This document shows, piece after piece, positions 30,374-38,409 of a DNA stretch of 64,000 nucleotides (positions are counted from its first letter, which is position 1; each line of letters opens with the position of its first letter). The stretch is from positions 2,080,001 to 2,144,000 of the forward strand of contig CAWCAG010000005.1 in assembly GCA_963793425.1 (NCBI GenBank). Reading direction: 5' to 3'. A program made the position numbers and the translations under genes. This DNA comes from an uncultured cyanobacterium (lineage in GTDB: Bacteria; Cyanobacteriota; Cyanobacteriia; Cyanobacteriales; CAWCAG01). The notes under the pieces were generated by a model. The model was not told the DNA's origin. It made no database searches and saw nothing but the letters and a program-made list of their open reading frames with translations.

Positions 30374-31447
30374 CTATTCAACAAGACTAAATCCCACCAG
30401 AGCTTTAGATGTAGCTACTACTCCATTTCCATTAGAGCTGAAAACTGGAACTCCTACTCCTGTAGGAGGATCTGGTGTCCACTTGGCATAAGGTACAGTA
30501 GGATTTTTATACAAGAGGAGTTCGCCACTTTCACTATCATCATCGTCATTGTAAGTATAAGTCCCTACCCAGAGAGTTCCATCTGAATCTAAGGTAGCTT
30601 CAATCGCTCTTTGACCTTCAACTTTTGTGACAATCTCTGGACTTTCATTCTCTGTGAGACAAGCTATAAAGGTCTGATCTGAATCTAAAGGTGGCTCCCA
30701 AGGTGAAACGGTCGAACCAACAAGCCATATTCCACCTCTTGAAGCAGAAAGCAATTTTGCCCGCAACAGAGGTGGTAGCGGGTATTGTGCAACAACTGTA
30801 CCATCAATTGCTACTCTCGTGACAAAACAAGAATGCTCTGGTGTAACAGTGACAACGAGAAGTTCATTAGAGCAAAGTAAAGCTCCTGAAATGCAGCGAA
30901 AGCCATCTTTTTCAGCGTTTTTCCAGAGTACAATCTTGCCGGATCGGGCATTGAGACATACTAGACCCTGATCAGTAGCAGCCCAAAGATTTCCTTTTCC
31001 TGCCATTGTCAAAGGATGCCGCAACCCTTGGTCTCTAGCTACATACTGTGTGTAAGCAATATCACCATTAGGGTCAATTCGAGTAACAGCACATTCTGCT
31101 GCCCCCATGCCAAACCACAAATCGCCTGAACTGCTAACGAGTATTTCGGTACTAACGGATGTAGGTAAATTAGTTGTACGGATAATCTTACCTGCTTGAT
31201 CTATCAAATGGACTTTGTTATCGCTACTGGCACAAACAAGCCAATTATCTTTTAGGTGTACGGGTGAACCCCAAAAGCCATAGTCATGAGGACAACACCA
31301 GAGCAAATTTCCCTCAAAATCAAGCTTGACTAGATCAGTTCCGTTTAGCACGACAATTCCGTCGCAAAGCTTTAGAGGTAGAGATATGTGTTCGTGAATG
31401 AGATTATAGACTGGTGTTAATGGTAACGACCATCGTATAACAATCAC
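30374..31447 (-). CDS. Beta-propeller (PQQ-repeat-like) protein, candidate immunity
   Basis: Repeated beta-strand units (LVKLDFEGNLLW, VHLIDQAGKII, GDLWFG, GNLWAAT, GTLWVGT); overlaps the orphan toxin tip. Confidence 0.6.
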   Translation of the reverse strand: MIVIRWSLPLTPVYNLIHEHISLPLKLCDGIVVLNGTDLVKLDFEGNLLWCCPHDYGFWGSPVHLKDNWLVCASSDNKVHLIDQAGKIIRTTNLPTSVSTEILVSSSGDLWFGMGAAECAVTRIDPNGDIAYTQYVARDQGLRHPLTMAGKGNLWAATDQGLVCLNARSGKIVLWKNAEKDGFRCISGALLCSNELLVVTVTPEHSCFVTRVAIDGTVVAQYPLPPLLRAKLLSASRGGIWLVGSTVSPWEPPLDSDQTFIACLTENESPEIVTKVEGQRAIEATLDSDGTLWVGTYTYNDDDDSESGELLLYKNPTVPYAKWTPDPPTGVGVPVFSSNGNGVVATSKALVGFSLVE

Positions 31448-32062
31448 TGAACTGATAGACTCTATCTATTGAAAACACTCTAGTTTGCTCAGTACCAGAT
31501 ATAAAAACATCTCTAATAGTACCTCTACCCTCTGCAAAAATTGCTTCATATTCAGACTCAGACATACGGCGCACTAGCTCTCTACCACTAGCGATCCTCT
31601 CTTGAGCTTCCAAGTATTTTAGACGAACTCTCTCTGGCCAATTCTGCCACTGCTCACGAACAGCTTGGTTATTGACGTAGTTAGGAGGTGTATCTATATC
31701 CAGTTCTGTACGGGGTCTTTGATTGCTAGGATCTCTTCCTTGTCTTCCCCCCTCAATTCGCCTGGGCCCTTGGTTAATATCATCTACCTCCCCCGGTCGT
31801 ATACGACCTCCACCAGGGATAGCTAATTCACCATCTGGTCTTAATCGCTGTCCCAAAGCCTCCAACACTTGGTCTATCTGCCGCCTAATTTCGTTAAACG
31901 CTTCCTCCAGCATGGAACTGTTGTTCCTAACCTGCTCCAGTGCTTCCTGCAACTGCCGTTTCTGTGCCGCTATGGGGCCGATGCCTGGAATACTTTCTAC
32001 TAGATTTGGAAATACGATTTAATAAGTCATTCCACCCTTATGTGTCAATCTCTACCCAACTT
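31404..32062 (-). pseudogene. Orphan toxin C-terminal cassette with homology arm to the 33566-35713 protein
   Basis: No own start; 31855-31993 duplicates 33732-33870, then a different tip (GELAIPGG...ELVRRMSESEYEAIF...RVFSIDR). Confidence 0.75.
31855..31993. repeat. 139-bp direct repeat, copy 2 (copy 1 at 33732-33870)
   Basis: Hand alignment shows one mismatch (TTAAACG vs TTGAACG); degenerate similarity continues to ~32062/33938. Confidence 0.92.
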
Positions 32063-32101
32063 AGCAACTTCTCTCATCTTTATCTGTGATCGCACTCTGC
32101 T

Positions 32102-32497
32102 TTAGGTTATTTCTAGCTCAAAAGAAACGCATTCTATATCCCATCAAATCCAAGCGTAAGGATTTTCTAATACCCCTTCTAATACATACATTTCTACAGA
32201 GTTATTTTGCTCTAGAAAAGGACTGTCAACAATCTCATATCTTGGTTTACATTTTTCTTCTCCGTTTGAAGCTAAATAATACTTATATATTTTGCGTTTT
32301 GAGCTTACTACGCTTCTAAAAATTATCTTTCCAGAAGGAAGAATTAGAGGCGATTCAGAATTATTGAGGGGATGGTCTTCATAAACTTTAAAATTTTTGA
32401 CATCTATGGTGATTGTTTGCTCTCTAATCTGAGGGTTAGAGAAAAAAGCTGTATCCCAAAACTCTAGCTCGTCAAAGTAATTTTCAACGATTGTCAT
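32102..32497 (-). pseudogene. Putative immunity-like protein, copy A, with one in-frame TGA
   Basis: ...ENPYAWI*WDIECVSFELEIT*; the paralog reads WAWISWDIESVSFELEVI. Confidence 0.7.
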
Positions 32498-32591
32498 ATT
32501 CTTTAATGATCTTGAACATCTCCTACTGCGGAAAAGAAGTTAGGGTTCTACCGAAGTTAGCTTGTGCAAATATTTCGATGTAGATGCTTAA

Positions 32592-33005
32592 CTAAGTCCA
32601 ATTGTAGTCAACTCCAAGCTCCTCGATTTTCTGTCTAAGATACTTGAACTTTTGGTTAGAGCGAACCATTTTAGATACAGGATAATAAATAGCTTGAGGA
32701 AGAATTGTCAATATAGATTTAGCTCCTTTAGGATTGAGTGAGTGAACAATCATACGGCTATTTCTGTTACGAGAATCTTTAAGAGCTAAGGCTACATCTG
32801 CACCATTGAGTTCACCACCAATATTGTAATCAATTGAAATAATATCAAAATCATAAGCATTAATAAGTTTGATAGCACGATGTCCAGTCTTAACTAGAAT
32901 CCAGGCATGATTTCGATATAAAGAGGTTAGTATTTTCTGACGCTCTTGAGTGTCTTCGATTAGTAAAACTCTCAACAAAGATGGTTTTTCATCTTGACTA
33001 AACAT
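32592..33005 (-). CDS. Cyclic-phosphate-processing receiver-like domain protein
   Basis: VLLIEDTQER, IISIDYNIG, NGADV, IVHSLNPKG pattern typical of this stand-alone REC variant. Confidence 0.7.
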   Translation of the reverse strand: MFSQDEKPSLLRVLLIEDTQERQKILTSLYRNHAWILVKTGHRAIKLINAYDFDIISIDYNIGGELNGADVALALKDSRNRNSRMIVHSLNPKGAKSILTILPQAIYYPVSKMVRSNQKFKYLRQKIEELGVDYNWT

Positions 33006-33564
33006 AATCGCCGATTGCCACAGAAAAACAACTATTTACCTTTTTTCTCGGAACGTCTTTTTCTAAAAGTAAGTAGTCGCTATCTAAATCCTCGTGTAAA
33101 TAAATACAATAAAATAGTTCGTGATTATTAGATAGTAAATAAGAAATCGCTACTTCTTTAGCTTCTTCTGATTCAAATTCTTCTTTGAGAGTCCAAATGC
33201 GAATATCTCGACAAATAGTATTAAGACAGCTTTTGATCTCTTTTGAGACAAATTGCTCTTCTGAAAGAGGATGACATTTAGTAAAACCATCACTTGACAA
33301 TTCTTCGGGCAAAAGAATTATGGAAAGTTGTTCACTATAAACAGCTAGAGAGTGATTTAAGCCATCTTCAAAACACACTTGGACTGCCCCTGAATTATAA
33401 GAGAAAAATTGTTCTGCTGTCAGAGGATGATAATTCTTTAAAAAGGAAGAAATATCCATACCGAAGAAACGTTTTATTTCTAACAAACGCTTACCAATAG
33501 ACTTTTCCAAGTGTTTTTTATTGTTAGAAAGTATAAAATTCAATAATTCGGCATCAGTATACAT
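32998..33564 (-). CDS. Hypothetical acidic protein, candidate cognate immunity (188 aa)
   Basis: ATG at 33564 lies 1 nt after the toxin-like gene's stop (TAA-G-ATG); 3' end overlaps the next gene's start. Confidence 0.65.
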   Translation of the reverse strand: MYTDAELLNFILSNNKKHLEKSIGKRLLEIKRFFGMDISSFLKNYHPLTAEQFFSYNSGAVQVCFEDGLNHSLAVYSEQLSIILLPEELSSDGFTKCHPLSEEQFVSKEIKSCLNTICRDIRIWTLKEEFESEEAKEVAISYLLSNNHELFYCIYLHEDLDSDYLLLEKDVPRKKVNSCFSVAIGDYV

Positions 33565-33565
33565 C

Positions 33566-35713
33566 TTAGTTGCTACCTTGATTTTTCTCCCTAAGTATTT
33601 TCTTGAAGCGGTCAATAATATTTCTAACATCTCCTCTAGGCCCTCTTCCACGAGTAAAGCTGACTGGATCATTTACAAAAACGGCTCCATCAGGTGTCAC
33701 CAACTCCCCATCTGCCCCTAAGCGCCGCCCTAAAGCCTCCAACACTTGGTCTATCTGCCGCCTAATTTCGTTGAACGCTTCCTCCAGCATGGAACTGTTG
33801 TTCCTAACCTGCTCCAGTGCTTCCTGCAACTGCCGTTTCTGTGCCGCTATGGGGCCGATGCCTGGAATACGTTCGACTAGATCAGAAATACGCCCTAATA
33901 GTTTGTTCCACTCCTGTGTACCAAATTCTACCCAACTTCCCCAGTTTTGCTGCACAAAGCGGCGAAATTCAGCAACACCTCCTTCGGGTAATACTCTGCG
34001 AATCAGTCCCAGCAAATCATCAACTACTGCTAAGGCTTCATCTGTTCCCTTAAGCAAAACTTTGCTGATTCCTTTGACTGCACTACCAAAAGTAGGAATT
34101 AAACCAATAAGAGAAAAAGCTAGTCCAATCCATCGAAAAGTATTATTGTACTCTCCTTTAAACAGCATAAAGTAAAGGTGAGCAATTAAATCCCGACCAT
34201 CTGCTACCTGATCAAATCCTGGAATCAGTCCTATGGTCGTGTCGATAGCAATTGCTCCCAAACTTGGGTCACTGTTAAATTCTCCAAGCAAGCCACCGCC
34301 AATTGTATTAAGGATACTCCACAGTCTTTGTTGCCAAGTTTGCTCTTCCTCTTCCTCAGCTTGAGAGCGAGGTGTATTAATACCCATCAAACGCAAAGTT
34401 TCTTGAGTTACTTTGCCATCTACTGGTGTCCATCCCTTATGAGATTGCCAATAAGCTATACCTTGGACAGTCCTCGAATTAAAAATACCATCTTCATGTC
34501 TTAGCCGAACTACGCGCTGAATTTCTTGGATAATTGCTTTTTCGTATTTTTGGGATTCATTGTAGGCAATAGCTTCTGCCACTTGTATCTCTGTTAGTGG
34601 GCCTATATTATCTAGAGCAGTATTTATTCGTTCCTTTAACTCTTCAAAGCTCTTTAAAGTTAATTCATCCAACTGCTCCCAATGATTTCTTAGGGTTATT
34701 TCAATAGTTTCACGAGCCTCAATATACTTACCACGACGGAATAAATCCAAAGCTGTGCTATACAAAGCTATTGCATCGGAGCCATAGGTTTGTACAGACA
34801 GGTCGTAGTATCTCGAAGATTCTGCAATATTCCCCAGATGAAAATAAATCGTTGATATTTGAGATAAAAGATAAGCATACGCAGGACTACTTTCAGCCAT
34901 ATTCAAGGCTGCCTTATAGTGATTCATTGCTTCAGGAAGCCTGTTGTTTTCAAAGGCTTCATTACCCATACGGATACATGATTTAAGGTTATTACACTGA
35001 AGCGGTTGTTCTCTCTGCCCTTGAGATTGAAGCTGTTTTTCTCCCTGATTGTCTTGAGTTAAGTTGTTTGATTTCTGCTCAGAGGTAGTTGCGAGTGTTT
35101 TTGGCTCAGCTTGCTGTTTTCCGACTTCTTCTACTACTGATTTAGCTTGTACTTCTTGAGGTGCTGTTTGAGGATCATAAAGGTTATTGTCTACAGCTTG
35201 AAACCTATTATATGCCTCCCAGCCCTGTGCAGAAAAAGCTTGCTGGTTTTCCTGGTCTACTGCTACTGCGTTGTAATGCTTTTGTACCCAGTTGGGAGTT
35301 GCTGAAGAGATTATACTGAGGTCATTTTCTCCTGTGTTTGAAGAGTTACTATTACCGTCAGGAGTTTCCGGTATTGAGGGGGCGTTACTTTTCTGGGTTG
35401 CTTCTGTTTCTACACTATCGCTTTGTTGTTCATTCTCAACTCCTTCCTCTGCTGTTGATTGGCTGTCAAAAAGGTTGTTACCTACAGCTTGAAACCTCTG
35501 ATACGTTTCCCACTGTTGGGCTAACAAGGCTTGCTGGCGTTGCCGATGTGCTGCATTTCTTTTGCCTATATCCGTTTCCTCGAAGTTTTGCTCTTCTCCC
35601 TGTTGTTGCGGTGGAGGGAAGTCACCATTCGGTTTTAAGTCTGATTCGGGTGGGGGCTTAGAAGGTTGGAAAGTAGACTTTTTTTGGGGAGGTTCATAGC
35701 TAGCCATGAGCAA
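33566..35713 (-). CDS. Polymorphic-toxin-like protein: Q/S/E-rich leader, TPR, peptidoglycan-binding-like, FIX/pre-toxin-like region, short tip
   Basis: aa ~245-345 TPR-like; aa ~395-443 EIQR....DGIF...T..GI..WQ..KG....DGKV...TL; aa ~472-550 GEFNSDPS..DTTIGLIPGFDQVADGRD...IGLIPTFGSAVKG; ELVTPDG boundary. Confidence 0.7.
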   Translation of the reverse strand: MLMASYEPPQKKSTFQPSKPPPESDLKPNGDFPPPQQQGEEQNFEETDIGKRNAAHRQRQQALLAQQWETYQRFQAVGNNLFDSQSTAEEGVENEQQSDSVETEATQKSNAPSIPETPDGNSNSSNTGENDLSIISSATPNWVQKHYNAVAVDQENQQAFSAQGWEAYNRFQAVDNNLYDPQTAPQEVQAKSVVEEVGKQQAEPKTLATTSEQKSNNLTQDNQGEKQLQSQGQREQPLQCNNLKSCIRMGNEAFENNRLPEAMNHYKAALNMAESSPAYAYLLSQISTIYFHLGNIAESSRYYDLSVQTYGSDAIALYSTALDLFRRGKYIEARETIEITLRNHWEQLDELTLKSFEELKERINTALDNIGPLTEIQVAEAIAYNESQKYEKAIIQEIQRVVRLRHEDGIFNSRTVQGIAYWQSHKGWTPVDGKVTQETLRLMGINTPRSQAEEEEEQTWQQRLWSILNTIGGGLLGEFNSDPSLGAIAIDTTIGLIPGFDQVADGRDLIAHLYFMLFKGEYNNTFRWIGLAFSLIGLIPTFGSAVKGISKVLLKGTDEALAVVDDLLGLIRRVLPEGGVAEFRRFVQQNWGSWVEFGTQEWNKLLGRISDLVERIPGIGPIAAQKRQLQEALEQVRNNSSMLEEAFNEIRRQIDQVLEALGRRLGADGELVTPDGAVFVNDPVSFTRGRGPRGDVRNIIDRFKKILREKNQGSN

Positions 35714-35925
35714 TCCTGGGGAAATTTTGGGTAAGTTGAATCACTTAGTTTTTCGGACTTTGGGCTTAGGCAATTTCCCAATACTTTACAACTAAAATCT
35801 CAAGGCTATAAAAAAAGTAATGCTACTTTTAGCTATTACTTTTTCCTAATCAGAGTATTCTAAAATCTTAATGGTAGAGATAACCGTTAAAATCTTGCCC
35901 TGGTTCAGCAACGCCCTTAAAAGCT

Positions 35926-37959
35926 ATGGCTATTAACTCTTTTAATCATCAAAACACTTGGTACGAAGCTAACCATCAATATTTGATGCGTAGTATTGCT
36001 CAGATGCGGAAAATTGTAGAACAGCGTGTCAAGCAATTACAAAACCAAGTAGATTCAGCACCAGTAAAATTAGTTACTAAGCCGCCAGAATTCAACCTAT
36101 CACCTCCACCAGCCCTGGAACAACTCTGCCAATTATTTCACTTGTCCCCTTTTGAGCGGGATGTAATCTTGTTGTGTGTGGGGATGGAACTCGATGCTAC
36201 TTGGAGTTGGTTATGTTCTGCTGCTCAAGGAGAACCCCAGTATAACTATCCTACTTTTAATCTTGCTTTAGCTGTCTCTGCCCATGTTTCCTGGCGAGGT
36301 TTAACTCCTTCTACTCCTTTGCGTAGTTGGCATTTAGTCGAGATAGCTTCGGGCAAAAGTCTGACTTCTAGTTTAATTAAGATTGACGAGCGCATTTTAC
36401 ACTACCTTACGGGAGTACAATATCTTGACCAACGTTTAAAGGACATAAGCTTACCCCTCTCCCCCACAGATAGCCTCGTACCTTCCCATCAGAGGCTAGT
36501 AGAACAAATAACCAAAACTTGGTCACAAGGTTCAACTAGAAGTAATTGTCTCCCAGTTTTACAACTTTGCGGTGAAGACATATTTACTAAACAAGCGATC
36601 GCGGCTACTGCTTGCGCTCAAATGGGCATGACTTTACACAGCATTTCTGTAGAAGCCTTACCCACAGATCATCATCAACTAAGCTTAATTAAACGTCTCT
36701 GTGAGCGGGAATCAATTCTTACTGGTTGTGCTTGGGAATTAGAATTTGATGAATTGGTAAGTTTAGAGCCAGCTAAACAAGCTTCTTTAGAGCGTTTCAT
36801 TGATAATCTCCATGCTCCTTTAATGATGACAGCCCGCGATCGCCGTCGTCAAAGGAAGCGTCCGCTAATTACTTTCGATGTTTTCTCCCCCACGACAGAT
36901 GAACAACGTTTATTATGGGCAAATGCTTTGGGGACAAAAGTTTCCGAACTTAATGGACAAGTAGATATTCTCGTTTCTAACTTTAATCTTTCTGCCCCAG
37001 CCATTGAAGCTGCTTGCTTAAAAGCGAAAGGATTACAAACCCCCTTAACAAATGGCAATTCCCACTCCTTATACACTAGCCATTTATGGAATATCTGTCG
37101 CACCCAAGCCCGCCCTCGCCTTGATGAATTAGCCGAGAGAATTGAACTAGGTGCTAGTTGGGAAGATTTAATTTTGCCAGAAAAAGAGCGGGATGTGCTG
37201 CGGGATATTGAAGCCCATGTGAGGCAAAGGGCAAAAGTTTATGAACAGTGGGGTTTCGGTCGCAAAAGTAAGCGGGGACTTGGTATTAGTGCTATGTTCG
37301 CCGGGGAAAGCGGTACGGGTAAAACCCTTGCAGCAGAGGTGTTAGGCAATACCTTAAAGTTAGATGTTTATCGCATTGATTTAAGCTCGGTGGTGAGCAA
37401 ATATATTGGTGAAACCGAGAAAAATCTCCGCCGCTTGTTTGATGCAGCCGAAGGGGGCGGTGTTATTCTCCTCTTTGATGAAGCAGATGCCCTTTTTGGT
37501 AAGCGTTCTGAAGTTAAAGATAGCCATGATCGTCATGCCAACATTGAGGTTAGTTACCTTTTGCAACGTATGGAAGCCTACAGAGGTTTAGCAATTTTAA
37601 CTACTAACTTAAAAAGTTCCCTTGACCAAGCTTTTATGCGTCGCTTACGTTTTGTGGTGGATTTTCCTTTCCCCAATGCTAGCCAAAGAGCAGCAATTTG
37701 GCAGCGTATTTTTCCTCAAGATACTCCTACCAAAAATCTCAACTATCAAAAGTTAGCCAAACTTAGCGTACCAGGAGGTAATATTCGCAGTATGGCTTTG
37801 AATGCTGCTTTTTTAGCGGCTGATGCTGGGGAAGCGGTACAGATGAAACATATTTTACAAGCAGCCAAAAATGAGTACGTGAAAATGGAAAGACCTTTTA
37901 GTGATAGTGAGGTGAAAGATTGGTTAAATGAAGAAACCAACTACGATAATTTATTTTAA
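35926..37959 (+). CDS. AAA+ ATPase of the eCIS Afp15/Pvc15 type
   Basis: LEQLCQLFHLSPFERDVILLC N-domain, degenerate first AAA, GESGTGKT, IDLSSVVSKYIGETEKNL, LLFDEADALFGKRSEVKDSHDRHANIEVSYLLQRME. Confidence 0.88.
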   Translation: MAINSFNHQNTWYEANHQYLMRSIAQMRKIVEQRVKQLQNQVDSAPVKLVTKPPEFNLSPPPALEQLCQLFHLSPFERDVILLCVGMELDATWSWLCSAAQGEPQYNYPTFNLALAVSAHVSWRGLTPSTPLRSWHLVEIASGKSLTSSLIKIDERILHYLTGVQYLDQRLKDISLPLSPTDSLVPSHQRLVEQITKTWSQGSTRSNCLPVLQLCGEDIFTKQAIAATACAQMGMTLHSISVEALPTDHHQLSLIKRLCERESILTGCAWELEFDELVSLEPAKQASLERFIDNLHAPLMMTARDRRRQRKRPLITFDVFSPTTDEQRLLWANALGTKVSELNGQVDILVSNFNLSAPAIEAACLKAKGLQTPLTNGNSHSLYTSHLWNICRTQARPRLDELAERIELGASWEDLILPEKERDVLRDIEAHVRQRAKVYEQWGFGRKSKRGLGISAMFAGESGTGKTLAAEVLGNTLKLDVYRIDLSSVVSKYIGETEKNLRRLFDAAEGGGVILLFDEADALFGKRSEVKDSHDRHANIEVSYLLQRMEAYRGLAILTTNLKSSLDQAFMRRLRFVVDFPFPNASQRAAIWQRIFPQDTPTKNLNYQKLAKLSVPGGNIRSMALNAAFLAADAGEAVQMKHILQAAKNEYVKMERPFSDSEVKDWLNEETNYDNLF

Positions 37960-37995
37960 TTTTGTCTCTCAACTTTCTCCCCACCTCTCCCATTT

Positions 37996-38409
37996 ATGTT
38001 AAATCAAACTCTAGCTTTAGTTGCGATCGCCATAGTTATTCTCAGCAGCAGTTGTGCCAACTTAGATAGTACAGTTGCCACTTCACCTAGTTCCCCTGCC
38101 CCTCCTTCTCTAACTCAAGAAACCCCTTCTGTTAATGCTCCAACCGCAAACTTCCCAGAAGAGTTAGCCAATCGGGTTATCAAAGATTTATCTCAACGTA
38201 CTAACATTCCAGCAGATCAATTAAGTGTATATCGCAAAAGCCAAGAAACATGGACTGATGGTTGTTTGGGTTTAGGGAAGCCTGAAGAACTTTGTTCGGC
38301 GGCATTGGTTGAAGGATGGCAAGTAGTTGTGAAGAGTAAGTCTCAAAGCTGGGTTTATCATACCGATGGTGAGAGAGTGAAACTAAATGAAGCAGCTAGT
38401 AAAATCTAA
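37996..38409 (+). CDS. Hypothetical lipoprotein
   Basis: LSSSC lipobox; TWTDGCLGL..PEELC.AALVEGW motif. Confidence 0.75.
   Translation: MLNQTLALVAIAIVILSSSCANLDSTVATSPSSPAPPSLTQETPSVNAPTANFPEELANRVIKDLSQRTNIPADQLSVYRKSQETWTDGCLGLGKPEELCSAALVEGWQVVVKSKSQSWVYHTDGERVKLNEAASKI

Noticed and set aside
32144..32146. Selenocysteine or readthrough at in-frame TGA (also 55671-55673)
   Set aside because: Aligned residues are Ser and probably Arg, not Cys; no SECIS-like hairpin noticed; nonsense mutation is simpler
33565..33672. ORF-track start at 33672 for the immunity-like gene
   Set aside because: Would overlap the toxin gene by 107 nt; ATG at 33564 directly after the stop is more plausible
35926..37959. 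FtsH or proteasome ATPase
   Set aside because: No TM segments or HExxH protease domain; motifs fit the Afp15/Pvc15 type
28287..37990. Integrase-driven island with att duplication at tRNA-Ala(CGC)
   Set aside because: No integrase and no duplicated tRNA 3' end found by eye; only adjacency is supported
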